Shown here piece after piece: positions 54,621 through 63,802 of a stretch of DNA of 64,000 nucleotides (its first letter is position 1; each line of letters begins with the position of its first letter). The translations under genes and the position numbers were made by a program. The notes under the pieces are model-generated. The model saw only the letters and a list, made by a program, of their open reading frames with translations, had not been told where the DNA came from and made no database searches. Source of the DNA: a virus (Duplodnaviria > Caudoviricetes); the IMG/VR virus record IMGVR_UViG_2824317532_000002, positions 24,871 through 88,870 of that record. One strand, 5' to 3'.

Positions 54621-55379
54621 CTGTACTACCAGGGAGGCAAGACCCGGCACGCCAAGCAGATAGCCGCAGTCATCGCCGAGCATCGCGGCACGAGAGCCCG
54701 CTACGTCGAGCCGTTCATCGGCGGCGGGAGCGTGTTCACGGCGGTAGCACCCTCGTTCGATGAGGCTGTGGCCGGGGACTCCGCGCTGGACCTCGCCCTC
54801 ATGTGGCAGGCCGTAGCCGATGGCTGGCTTCCGCCGGACACGGTCACCGAGGACGAGTACCGGGCGATGCGGCACGCCGACCCGAGCCCACTCCGGGCGT
54901 TCGTGGGCTTCGGCTGCTCCTTCGGTGGCCGCTGGTTCCAGGGGTACGCCCGATCGAGCGGACGGAACTATCCCGCCGAATGCCACCGGCGAATTCGTCA
55001 CATGGCCCCGGCCTTCCGCGGCCGGTCGGTGCACTGTCGCGACTACCGGTATTGGCGGGTGGACGCGAACACCGTCGTCTACTGCGATCCGCCCTACGCC
55101 GACACCACGCCCTACGCCGGTTCGCCCCGGTTCAATAGCGACGAGTTCTGGTGGGTCGCCGAACGATGGGCGCGAAGTGGCGCCCTCGTGCTGGTGTCCG
55201 AGTACACCGCCCCGACGGGCTGGCGATCCGTGTGGTCGAAAGCCCGTCGCGTGACGATGCGAGTCGATGACAACTCGTCCATCGCCACTGAACATCTGTG
55301 GATGCTGGGTGATCCCGACGATCGCCTTGTCCGCGCTGAGCCGGCCATGAGTCGGCCTTCTTTTCCAGCAAGTGTTTAG
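54621..55379 (+). CDS. Dam-like DNA adenine methyltransferase (apparent CTG start)
   Basis: YQGGK, YVEPFIGGGSV, VYCDPPY, LVSEY motifs in one frame from CTG 54621. Confidence 0.85.
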   Translation: MYYQGGKTRHAKQIAAVIAEHRGTRARYVEPFIGGGSVFTAVAPSFDEAVAGDSALDLALMWQAVADGWLPPDTVTEDEYRAMRHADPSPLRAFVGFGCSFGGRWFQGYARSSGRNYPAECHRRIRHMAPAFRGRSVHCRDYRYWRVDANTVVYCDPPYADTTPYAGSPRFNSDEFWWVAERWARSGALVLVSEYTAPTGWRSVWSKARRVTMRVDDNSSIATEHLWMLGDPDDRLVRAEPAMSRPSFPASV

Positions 55380-55409
55380 TCTAGTCCTCTAAGAGGGAGT
55401 TCTCACCCA

Positions 55410-55862
55410 GTGGGTATCAACATCGTCAACCCGTCCGAGTTCACCGGCGGCGCGTTCCTCAAGCCGGCCGAGCACATGAACGACCTCGCCCTGCTGGTCA
55501 AGCCGAAGCGCATCGACAAGAACGTTGAGTCGACCTACCAGGGGCAGACCCGCGTCCGGGACGAGGTGATCGCCGACGTGACTGTGTTCTCCACCAGCGA
55601 GTCCCTGGAAAAGGGCATCCCGTCCCGGGTGATCAAGGGCTGCAAGATCGCCTACGGCATGCTCACCGGCACGCTGGAGCGCATCCTCAACGAGGGTCCG
55701 GACGGCGCGATCGTCTCCGTCATCCGCAAGGTGCCGACCAGCAAAGGCAGCGGCTACGCCTTCCGCGACGTGGAGGCCAGCGTCCTCGCTCAGGTCGTGA
55801 AGTACGCCGAGGCCCTTGAGGCCGAGGTGGAGAAGGCCCTCTCGGACGTGCCGGATTTCTGA
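55410..55862 (+). CDS. Probable ssDNA-binding protein
   Basis: GAFLKPAEH; acidic C-terminus ending DVPDF; precedes the helicase. Confidence 0.65.
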   Translation: MGINIVNPSEFTGGAFLKPAEHMNDLALLVKPKRIDKNVESTYQGQTRVRDEVIADVTVFSTSESLEKGIPSRVIKGCKIAYGMLTGTLERILNEGPDGAIVSVIRKVPTSKGSGYAFRDVEASVLAQVVKYAEALEAEVEKALSDVPDF

Positions 55863-55943
55863 TTCACGCATCGGTGCCGGGCTGCCTGCGGGTGGCCCGG
55901 CACCGCCGGTCACATCAATCATCCCGGGAGGTGAAGTCTTCGA

Positions 55944-56780
55944 GTGCTGACCCCATCACGGTCGCTCGCGCTCAACGCGGAGAGCGGTAAGCCGCTCCCC
56001 CTGGTGCCCGCCTTCAAGGCCATCTACGAACGCGGCACCACCCCTCGCCACGGCGAGGTCATCATGATCGCCGGCCGGTCCGGCACCCAGAAATCAGGGT
56101 TCGCCCTGTTCTGGGTGGCGCAGATGAATCTGCCGACGCTGTATTTCAGCGCGGACATGAGCGCCTTCACGGCGTCATCCCGGCTCGCCAGCATGGCCAC
56201 CGGCCGCACGACCGAAGATGTCGAGCACGGCATGGCCAAGGGTGGAACCGAGCGACAGTTCTACCTGGACGCCCTGGCCGGCTCCCGGATCCAGTTCTCC
56301 TTCGGCTCGCCCATTTCCTGGCGGGCGGTCGACGAGGAACTGGAAGCCTATGTGGAGTTGCACGACCAGTATCCCCAGGTGCTGGTGTTCGACAACCTGA
56401 TGGACTTCGAGAACGCCGAGTCCGACTACACCGAGCAGATGGCCGTGATGTCGCAGGTCACGGAGATCGCCCGAAAGACCGGTGCCACGGTCATCATCCT
56501 GCATCACGCCTCGGATAAGTCCTGGTCGGCAGCCAACGACCCGTGGGCCCCACCGTCCCGCGACCAGGTCAAGGGTGGCCTGAGCGAGAAGCCCGAGCTG
56601 AGCTTGAGCGTCGCGCTCGACCCCAACGACATGACCTACAGGGTCGCCACGATCAAACAGCGCATGGGCAAGAGCGATCCGACCGCCCGCACCTACGCGA
56701 TCTTGTGGTGCGAGCCCGAATACACCCGTTTCCACGCCACGTCGCCGCTCGCCCGGCAGATGCAGGAGGCCCGCCAGTGA
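55944..56780 (+). CDS. DnaB-like helicase (ATPase domain)
   Basis: AGRSGTQKS Walker A, LVFDNLMD Walker B, ILHH, KQRMG. Confidence 0.88.
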   Translation: MLTPSRSLALNAESGKPLPLVPAFKAIYERGTTPRHGEVIMIAGRSGTQKSGFALFWVAQMNLPTLYFSADMSAFTASSRLASMATGRTTEDVEHGMAKGGTERQFYLDALAGSRIQFSFGSPISWRAVDEELEAYVELHDQYPQVLVFDNLMDFENAESDYTEQMAVMSQVTEIARKTGATVIILHHASDKSWSAANDPWAPPSRDQVKGGLSEKPELSLSVALDPNDMTYRVATIKQRMGKSDPTARTYAILWCEPEYTRFHATSPLARQMQEARQ

Positions 56781-56989
56781 CCCGTTACCGCGTGCCGTTC
56801 ACCTCGGCCCTCTGGACCTGGATCGAGGTTGAAGCGGAGGACGAGTACGAGGCCGTTGAGAAGGCGTGCGACATGACCCCTCCCAAGGTCTGCGCTCAGT
56901 GCATGGGCTGGGGCCAGGGCTACAGCGTCGATCAGGACGACTGGGAGGCCGACGAGGACGTCAAGGTCGAGAAGGTGGCCAGTGCCTAG
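56777..56989 (+). CDS. Small hypothetical protein
   Basis: IEVEAEDEYEA...CAQCMGWG; AGGAGG RBS. Confidence 0.65.
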   Translation: MTRYRVPFTSALWTWIEVEAEDEYEAVEKACDMTPPKVCAQCMGWGQGYSVDQDDWEADEDVKVEKVASA

Positions 56990-57362
56990 CCCGGCCGCGA
57001 ACAAGCGCAAGGGCGCCCAGTTCGAGATCGACCTGATGAAGACTCTGCGGGAGATGGGCCTCGACGCCGAACGGCTGCGACTGGCCGGCAAGGACGACGA
57101 GGGCGACCTCGTCCTCCGGTCGTTCGGGCCCAGCTCCGGCAAGCACTACGTCGTGATCGAAGCCAAGTCCGGCGCGATGCACCCTGCCGTGTTCGTGCGT
57201 GAGGCGGAGGCGGAACGGCGCAACTTCGCCCGGCACCGCGGCCTGCCGCTCGACATGGTCTCGGGCGTCGCCGTGGTGAAGCGACCGCGGCTGAACGTCC
57301 TCGACTCGTACGTCCTCACCACCCTTCGCGAATACCTGAACCTAGGCGAGGTCGGTGTTTAG
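56982..57362 (+). CDS. Holliday junction resolvase
   Basis: NKRKGAQFE...ERLRLAGKDDEGDL...VIEAK. Confidence 0.85.
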   Translation: MPSPAANKRKGAQFEIDLMKTLREMGLDAERLRLAGKDDEGDLVLRSFGPSSGKHYVVIEAKSGAMHPAVFVREAEAERRNFARHRGLPLDMVSGVAVVKRPRLNVLDSYVLTTLREYLNLGEVGV

Positions 57363-57364
57363 TC

Positions 57365-57748
57365 TTGCCCGATGAGCGTCCCTCGCTGGCCGCAGTCCTT
57401 GAGCACTACGAGGTGTTCTTTCACGACAGCCGCACGACCCAGATGGTCAAGTGCCCGCTGCACGAGGACAAGACGCCATCCTGCTCGATCGACACCGGCG
57501 ACAGCCTCTGGAAATGCCACTCGTGCGGCAAGGGCGGTGACGCCTACACGCTGATCATGGAAATGGAGAAGTGCGACTTTGTCCGAGCACGAGCCTTTGC
57601 GGCCTCTCTCGGTCTCCCAACGGGAGGCGCTGGAAGAGGCGGTGTCGAGCTATCAGGCTCAGCTTACGGCGGACGCCGCCGGCTACCTGCTCGCAAGGGG
57701 AATCAGCCGCGAGGCAGCGGTTACACACCGTCTTGGCGTCGTCGGTAA
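57365..57748 (+). CDS. DNA primase zinc-binding (CHC2) subunit
   Basis: CPLHEDKTPSC...WKCHSCGKGGD. Confidence 0.88.
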   Translation: MPDERPSLAAVLEHYEVFFHDSRTTQMVKCPLHEDKTPSCSIDTGDSLWKCHSCGKGGDAYTLIMEMEKCDFVRARAFAASLGLPTGGAGRGGVELSGSAYGGRRRLPARKGNQPRGSGYTPSWRRR

Positions 57749-58256
57749 CCCGCTGCCCGGACACAACCGGTACGCGGGATGGCTGGTCATCCCGTACCTG
57801 GACAGCGAGGGCCAGGCCCTGCAGCTCCGGTTCCGATGCATGCAGGACCACGATCATCGGGCCGGCTTCCACGGGAAGTACGCCACGATCAAGAACGATC
57901 CGGTCCGCATGTTCAACGTGGGCGCGATCTTCCAGGCCGAGAGCGAGATCCACGTCTGTGAAGGCGAGCTGGACGCGATCATCCTGAACATGCTCGGACT
58001 GCACGCGGTTGCCATCCCCGGCGCTGAGCTGTGGCGCCCGCATCACCGCCGCATGCTGGCCGGCTTCAACAGAATTTGGGTATGGGGCGACCCGGACGAC
58101 GCGGGCGCCGACTTCACCAACAAGGTCACGCGGTCGCTACGCCAGGCCAAGGGGGTCCGCCTCTCCCTGGGCGACGTGACTGATACCTACCTGCAAGCCG
58201 GGGTCGATGACCTGTTCGCCCTGGTCGGTAAGGAGGCTCCGGCCCCGTGGAACTGA
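57579..58256 (+). CDS. DNA primase TOPRIM subunit
   Basis: YLLARGI, LVIPY, VCEGELDA, VWGDPDDAG. Confidence 0.88.
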   Translation: MSEHEPLRPLSVSQREALEEAVSSYQAQLTADAAGYLLARGISREAAVTHRLGVVGNPLPGHNRYAGWLVIPYLDSEGQALQLRFRCMQDHDHRAGFHGKYATIKNDPVRMFNVGAIFQAESEIHVCEGELDAIILNMLGLHAVAIPGAELWRPHHRRMLAGFNRIWVWGDPDDAGADFTNKVTRSLRQAKGVRLSLGDVTDTYLQAGVDDLFALVGKEAPAPWN

Positions 58257-58447
58257 CACACGAATGCCTAGCCCTGGTCGTCCCGCCCGGCTCTCGGGGG
58301 CCGAGGCTGGCCCAGTTCGCCGACTACTCCGACGGTGACCCCGAGTACGCGGACACCCTGCGCTACTGGTGCTACTTCGGCACCGAGTTCACCGACCGCG
58401 AGGCCGACGTCGAGGTCGTCCAGCTCGTCAAGGCGGTGGCCGCGTGA
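58247..58447 (+). CDS. Small hypothetical protein
   Basis: AAGGAGG RBS. Confidence 0.5.
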   Translation: MELTHECLALVVPPGSRGPRLAQFADYSDGDPEYADTLRYWCYFGTEFTDREADVEVVQLVKAVAA

Positions 58448-58644
58448 AGGTCGTCATGGCCCCGCTGCCCTGCCCCGCCAGCCACCCCCGGGATGAAGAG
58501 CTGTGCGAGCGGGAGATCGCCCATGAAGGCGACCACTGGTACACGGTCTGGACCGATGCCGTCGAGCACATCGACGAGGTGCACATCTCGTACATCCGCG
58601 TCCCCGACTATCCCGTTTTCTGGAAGGACACCCCAAACCCGTGA
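58444..58644 (+). CDS. Small hypothetical protein
   Basis: C..H....C.REIAHEGDH; GTGA coupling. Confidence 0.5.
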   Translation: MKVVMAPLPCPASHPRDEELCEREIAHEGDHWYTVWTDAVEHIDEVHISYIRVPDYPVFWKDTPNP

Positions 58645-58862
58645 GCTGGCGCGACGCCATCCTTCCCGGTAAGCCGGGCAAGAAGCTGCAAGAAGCCTGG
58701 GACGCCATGAGCGGCGACACCCGGGCCGCCTTCCTCCCCCACCTGCTGGGCGACACTTCGGCCGAGTACCTGTCCGACTGGCTGGAGCGTTCCGGTACGC
58801 CGGTCTCCGCCTCCACGATCCGCACGTACCGCCGGTCCCTGCCGGCCGAAGGGAGTGTTTAG
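58641..58862 (+). CDS. Small HTH-like protein
   Basis: TSAEYLSDWLERSGTPVSASTIRTYRR. Confidence 0.65.
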   Translation: MSWRDAILPGKPGKKLQEAWDAMSGDTRAAFLPHLLGDTSAEYLSDWLERSGTPVSASTIRTYRRSLPAEGSV

Positions 58863-58864
58863 TC

Positions 58865-60058
58865 GTGCCCTCGGAGGAGTTGCTGAGCGAGCTGCTCGCC
58901 AAGCCGGTAGGACCGGAGATCAAGGCGCGCAAGACCGACCCGGCCAAGGACTTCACCAAGCAGGTGGAAGTCACCGGAGACACGGCGGAGGTGACCGTCA
59001 ACGCCGAGACCAAGACCGAGGCGGACGCCGCTCGCGGCGTGCTGATCGAGCAGGACCTCAACCCCGACGAGTGGGACGTCGCCGGCTTCCGGGTGTCCGA
59101 GTGGACCCGGCCGAACGGCGATCCCGGCATCAGCACGCGGTACACCTTCAAGCGCAAGGCGAAGGCCGCGGCTGGTGGCCGGCTCCCGATCGACGAACTG
59201 CTCGCCGCCATCCGGGTGCAGATCCCGAGCATCGGCGACCGGCCGACCGGCGCGTGGGGTCTGGTCGTTCTGATCGGCGACACCCAGTTCGGCAAGTCGG
59301 ATGGCGACGGGATCGAGGGCACGGTCAAGCGGGCCATCGAGTGCATCGACAAGGCGGCCCAGCAGATCCGCACACTGGGCAACCTGTTCCGGATCGGCCA
59401 CATCCACGTCGTGTTCTTGGGCGATCACGTCGAGGGCTTCGTGAGTCAGTCCGGGGCGAACACCTGGAGGACCCAGCTCACGCTCACCGAGCAGATCCGG
59501 CTGACCCGCCGCATGATGCTGCACGCCGTGCTCGCCTTCGCTCCGCTGTCCGACACAGTCACGTTCGCGGCAGTGCCGGGCAACCACGACCAGGCGGTCA
59601 GGGTCGCGGGCAAGGGCGTGACCAAGTACGACGACAGCCATGACTGCGAGTCTTTGATCGCCGTCGCCGACGCGGTCAAGCTCGCCGAGTCGCGCGGCCT
59701 GGACCACGTCCAGTTCTTCGTGCCCGAGAGCGACGAGCTGACGGTCACCCTCGACGTGGCGGGCACCGTGGTCACCGCGGCCCACGGCCACATGTGGCGG
59801 CCGGGGCAGCACATGAAGTGGTGGCAGGGCCAAGCCTTCAACCGCGACTCCGCCATGCACCAGACCGACCTGCTGGTTGCTGGCCACCTGCATCACCTGG
59901 TCGTCGACACCGATGGACACCGGACCTTCATTCAGGCGCCAGCTTTGGAGAGCGAGTCGACGTGGTTCCGCCACGCGACTGGCACCGGGGGTGCGCCGGG
60001 CATCGTCCTCGCCCTCACCCAGGGCGGCAAGACCGACCTCATTCAGACGATCCGATAG
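58865..60058 (+). CDS. Metallophosphoesterase/Mre11-like nuclease
   Basis: GDTQFGK, LGDHVEG, PGNHD, AHGH, GHLHH. Confidence 0.85.
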   Translation: MPSEELLSELLAKPVGPEIKARKTDPAKDFTKQVEVTGDTAEVTVNAETKTEADAARGVLIEQDLNPDEWDVAGFRVSEWTRPNGDPGISTRYTFKRKAKAAAGGRLPIDELLAAIRVQIPSIGDRPTGAWGLVVLIGDTQFGKSDGDGIEGTVKRAIECIDKAAQQIRTLGNLFRIGHIHVVFLGDHVEGFVSQSGANTWRTQLTLTEQIRLTRRMMLHAVLAFAPLSDTVTFAAVPGNHDQAVRVAGKGVTKYDDSHDCESLIAVADAVKLAESRGLDHVQFFVPESDELTVTLDVAGTVVTAAHGHMWRPGQHMKWWQGQAFNRDSAMHQTDLLVAGHLHHLVVDTDGHRTFIQAPALESESTWFRHATGTGGAPGIVLALTQGGKTDLIQTIR

Positions 60059-60071
60059 GAGGCGACCGCCC

Positions 60072-60413
60072 GTGACCACCATCTACACGGCAAACGTCGT
60101 GATCGAGGAGCCCGTCAAGCCGCGGGCCGACTGGTCCGTGATCGGCCTGCCGGGTGTCAGTCAGCGAATCACGTGGGCGGCGAACCATGTCGGCAACGCG
60201 TACAGCTCGATCACGTCGGTCGACGACCAGCGCCAGGAGGCGTACCTCCTGCTTGCCACGAACGCCGACCGGGTCCGCTCGTACGTCGGCCTCGGCGAGC
60301 TGGAGCACCTGTTTGTCTGGCTTCGATCCCGGCTGATCGACAAGGTCCGCGTCGAGGCGAATCGCATCAACCAGCACGTCAGCATGGAACGCCTGCGGGA
60401 GTCCTGCGAGTGA
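60072..60413 (+). CDS. Sigma-region-2-like hypothetical protein
   Basis: DDQRQEAYLLLA...LRSRLIDKVR. Confidence 0.55.
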   Translation: MTTIYTANVVIEEPVKPRADWSVIGLPGVSQRITWAANHVGNAYSSITSVDDQRQEAYLLLATNADRVRSYVGLGELEHLFVWLRSRLIDKVRVEANRINQHVSMERLRESCE

Positions 60414-60763
60414 GCTACGAACGGGAGCTGGTCGAGCGCCTGCTTCCGGCGGTCTGGGATCCGGGGATGGTCGTGGTGGAGAACCCGACCGCCCCGGATC
60501 CGGACATGCCGCGGACCAAGAGCAACCCGAAGACCGCCAACACCATCTACGCCATGCTCGCCGACATCCGCCGGGCATGGCGTCACGCACCGGCCACGCT
60601 CGCTGAGCGACAGGCCATGCTCCTGCGCTACGGCATGGGCATGAGCAAGACCGAGACGGGCCACATCCTCGGCATCGGCCGCAAGGCCGCATCCCAACGG
60701 CTCGATCTCGGTGTCGGCCGGCTCGCCGACTACCTCAACGGCTACGCCGACACCAGTGTTTAG
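60410..60763 (+). CDS. Sigma-region-4-like HTH protein
   Basis: YERELVERLLPAVWD...ADIRRAW...ERQAMLLRYGMGMSKTETGHILG. Confidence 0.7.
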   Translation: MSYERELVERLLPAVWDPGMVVVENPTAPDPDMPRTKSNPKTANTIYAMLADIRRAWRHAPATLAERQAMLLRYGMGMSKTETGHILGIGRKAASQRLDLGVGRLADYLNGYADTSV

Positions 60764-60788
60764 TCATCACCAAGGAGCACCTCACCTC

Positions 60789-62918
60789 GTGACCACCCCC
60801 AGCTTCGTCGCCCTCGACGAGACCGCCACCTTCACCGAGCCCGAGTGGAAGTTCGGCCCGTCAGGGGCCGTCGTGTTCAGCCGGACGTACGCCCGCGACC
60901 TGCCGAACGGCGAAAAGGAAACCTGGCCCCAGGTGGTTCAGCGGGTCGCCGAGGGCAACCTCGCCCTCGTGCACGGGCCCCGGCCGACCTGGTCCGCCAA
61001 GGTCGAGAAGGAGTTCGAGCGGCTCCACCACTTCATGCTGCGGATGGCGATCATTCCCGGCGGCCGGCACCTGTACGCGACCGGCGTGAAGGGGCGAGAG
61101 TTCTTGTTCAACTGTCACGTCGCGCCCTGGCCGGCGAAGATCAGCGGTCACTTCGACTTCGTGCTGAACAGACTCGCTGAGGGCGGCGGGGTCGGGGCGA
61201 ACTACTCGACCCGCTTCCTGGCCCAGTACGGTGCCCCGCGTCGCCAGCTCCAGGTGCACGTTGTCTGCGACCCGTCGCATCCCGACTACCAGGAGATGCT
61301 CGACGCCGGCCTGCTCTCCACCGAGTACAGCTCGGGCTGGATGGGCTCGTTCGATGTCGATGACTCCCGGCAGGGCTGGGCCGACGCGGTCACAGACCTG
61401 GTGGATACGTTCTTCACCGACGACGCGGTGCTGCATCAGAACCGCGTGTTCGATGTGAGCCGGGTTCGTTGGAAGGGCGCCCGATTGAAAACCTTTGGCG
61501 GCGTGGCCAGCGGCCCGGCCCCGCTCGCTCAGATGCTGATCAGCATCACGAGGATTCTGAACGCGTCCTATTTCAGCGCGGCCCGTGACCTTTCGTTCTG
61601 CATCCAACCCCTCGATGCGATGGAGATCGACCACGCCCTGGCGGAGTGCGTGATCGCCGGCGGCAAGAGGCGAAGCGCGAGGATGTCCGGGCTGCACTGG
61701 AAGGACCCGCAGGCCCGCCGGTTCGTGACCATCAAGCAGGACAGCAGCCTCCACTGGACGAGCAACCTGAGCGTGATCATCGACGACGAGTTCGAGCAGG
61801 CGCTGCGGGCCGGCGACCCGTACGCGACCGAGCTGCACAACCTGGTCGTCGCGAACATGGCCGCGAACGGTGAGCCTGGCTACTGGCACGCCGACCTGAA
61901 CAACTTCGGCGAGATCAACGAGGTGGTGATCAGCAACCCCTGCGGGGAGATTGGCCTGCCCGAGCGGGGCGCGTGCGTGCTGGGCAGCGTGAACCTCGAC
62001 TACTTCGCGCCGAAGCGGCGGGGCGGCCCAGTCGACTGGCTCGGCCTCGAAGAGGCACACCGCCTCATGGCTCGCTTCCTGGTCAGGGCCACGTTCGGCA
62101 CCATGAATGACGCCGGCCAGGCTGCGGTGATGAACTCGGAGCGCCGAATCGGCGTGGGTCACATGGGCGCGCAGGCGTTCTTCACCAAGCGGGGCTACCG
62201 GTACAGCCAGGTCTGGAGGCTTCCAGCCAAGCGAAAGGAGCTGCGCGGTCTCTATGACGTGGTTCGTCAGGCTGCGCGTGACGTGTCGTTCGAGCTGCGG
62301 ATCCCGGAACCCGTGAAGGTCACAACTGAGGCCCCGACCGGCTCGACCTCGATGCTGGTCGGAACGACGCCGTCCGTGCAAGAGTTGTTCGCCGTTCACT
62401 ACTGGCGCCGGATCCGCTTCAACAAGAACGTGCCGTCCGAGGCCGCCGAGGTCGAGGCCGCCAGGATGAAGGGCCTACCGGTCGAGGTGTGCGTAGCCGA
62501 CAAGAGCGGCAACACGATGGTCGTCGCCTACCCGACGCGGGCGGCCCTGCTTGACGAGGTGATCGCGCTCGGCTACTCGGAGGCCGAGGCCCTGGAGCTG
62601 GTCGAGTCGCAGGACCAGATCAGCATCGACGACAAGCTGGCCACGCAGGCGATGTTCCAGCAGGAGTACGTCGACAACGCGATCTCCTACACGTGCAACA
62701 TCGACCCCGGCACCGACCCGGCTGAGCTGGATGCGGCGCTGCGTAAGCACATGTCGCGGATCAAGGGCACAACGGTGATGCCTGACGACGCGACGGCCCG
62801 ACCTCAGCCACCCCTGGAGCGGATGAGCCGCGAGGAATACGAACGCTGGTCCGCCTTGGCCGAGGCCGGCGAGGGCTACAACGAGGAGTGCGCGACCGGC
62901 GCATGCCCTGTGCGTTAG
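60789..62918 (+). CDS. nrdJ: Class II (B12-dependent) ribonucleotide reductase
   Basis: RTYAR, PGGRHL, LFNC, EGGGVG, NPCGEI, ACVLG, RRIGVG, APTGS, C-terminal CATGACPVR. Confidence 0.93.
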   Translation: MTTPSFVALDETATFTEPEWKFGPSGAVVFSRTYARDLPNGEKETWPQVVQRVAEGNLALVHGPRPTWSAKVEKEFERLHHFMLRMAIIPGGRHLYATGVKGREFLFNCHVAPWPAKISGHFDFVLNRLAEGGGVGANYSTRFLAQYGAPRRQLQVHVVCDPSHPDYQEMLDAGLLSTEYSSGWMGSFDVDDSRQGWADAVTDLVDTFFTDDAVLHQNRVFDVSRVRWKGARLKTFGGVASGPAPLAQMLISITRILNASYFSAARDLSFCIQPLDAMEIDHALAECVIAGGKRRSARMSGLHWKDPQARRFVTIKQDSSLHWTSNLSVIIDDEFEQALRAGDPYATELHNLVVANMAANGEPGYWHADLNNFGEINEVVISNPCGEIGLPERGACVLGSVNLDYFAPKRRGGPVDWLGLEEAHRLMARFLVRATFGTMNDAGQAAVMNSERRIGVGHMGAQAFFTKRGYRYSQVWRLPAKRKELRGLYDVVRQAARDVSFELRIPEPVKVTTEAPTGSTSMLVGTTPSVQELFAVHYWRRIRFNKNVPSEAAEVEAARMKGLPVEVCVADKSGNTMVVAYPTRAALLDEVIALGYSEAEALELVESQDQISIDDKLATQAMFQQEYVDNAISYTCNIDPGTDPAELDAALRKHMSRIKGTTVMPDDATARPQPPLERMSREEYERWSALAEAGEGYNEECATGACPVR

Positions 62919-62985
62919 TTCGAGAACCGATCAAGCAGGGATCGCCATCGGGCGCCTTAGCCATGCCGGAAGCCTGCCACAAAGC

Positions 62986-63026
62986 GAAGCGCCCCACCTG
63001 CATCACTGCGGGCTGGGGCGCTTTCG
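62986..63026 (+). terminator. Intrinsic terminator after RNR
   Basis: AAGCGCCCCA...TGGGGCGCTTTC. Confidence 0.65.
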
Positions 63027-63439
63027 TCGCACCTCCACATGCGTGGAGAAAGGTCGCTAGTGCGCTCGCGCGCCTCAGCTTCCAGCGGTTCACCTCCCCA
63101 TACGGGGAGAGCCGGGCGGAAAGTGAATCGTGAAGGCCAGTCCTGCGCCAACACGGTCCCTGCTTTGATGAGGTCCGCCCGGGTGGTGCGGTTCCCAGAC
63201 TAGGGCAGCGGGCCACCACCCGCAACCCGCGTCAGTCGGTCGAGTAGGCCCTCATCGATCACGCCCTCGCGGCAGGCACGTCCGGCTAGATGATCAACGA
63301 GAAGCCCGGCCCTGCGGTTACGCTGGGTCGGGGCTTTCGGCCTCACTTGCAAGGGCTTTCGGCCCCTAGTTGCAAGACTGCACCCGAATTCCCTCAAGCA
63401 AACTCCTCAGGTGCCGATGCTCGGCCCGTGAGGAACGCC

Positions 63440-63754
63440 ATGAGTAACGATCACGAGCCGCTACAGCGCGCGATAGTCGACACCTACCGGGGTCGACTGC
63501 CCGAGCTGGGCGCGGTTTGGGATCGGCTCATGGCCCTACACGGCCAACTGATTGAGCAGTGGGCTCGATACGACCTGGAGCGCGCCGACCACCGGGCGAG
63601 GTGCGGCGACGAGTGCGGATCTGACTGTGCGCTCATGATCGCTGAATATGACGAGGTGTGCCGAGAGTACGTTTCTCGGGCAATGACTGTTCGCGCCAAG
63701 CAGGAGGAGATCATCGCCGAGATGCGCGAGCGGGCAAGCTACGGCAGGCGATGA
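63440..63754 (+). CDS. Hypothetical protein
   Basis: GAGGA RBS; HRARCGDECGSDC. Confidence 0.5.
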   Translation: MSNDHEPLQRAIVDTYRGRLPELGAVWDRLMALHGQLIEQWARYDLERADHRARCGDECGSDCALMIAEYDEVCREYVSRAMTVRAKQEEIIAEMRERASYGRR

Positions 63755-63802
63755 CGAGCCCCGACTTGGCTTCGGCCTAGCCGGGGCTCGCTGTGCACAG
63801 GG

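Noticed and set aside
55928-55941. Additional operator copy GAGGTGAAGTCTT
   Set aside because: Poor match, explained by the helicase RBS
60789-62918. Intein or intron in RNR or terminase
   Set aside because: ORF lengths are normal, with no intein splice motifs or frame interruptions
63160-63185. Second hammerhead core (TTGATGAG)
   Set aside because: No correctly placed GAAA or supporting stems found
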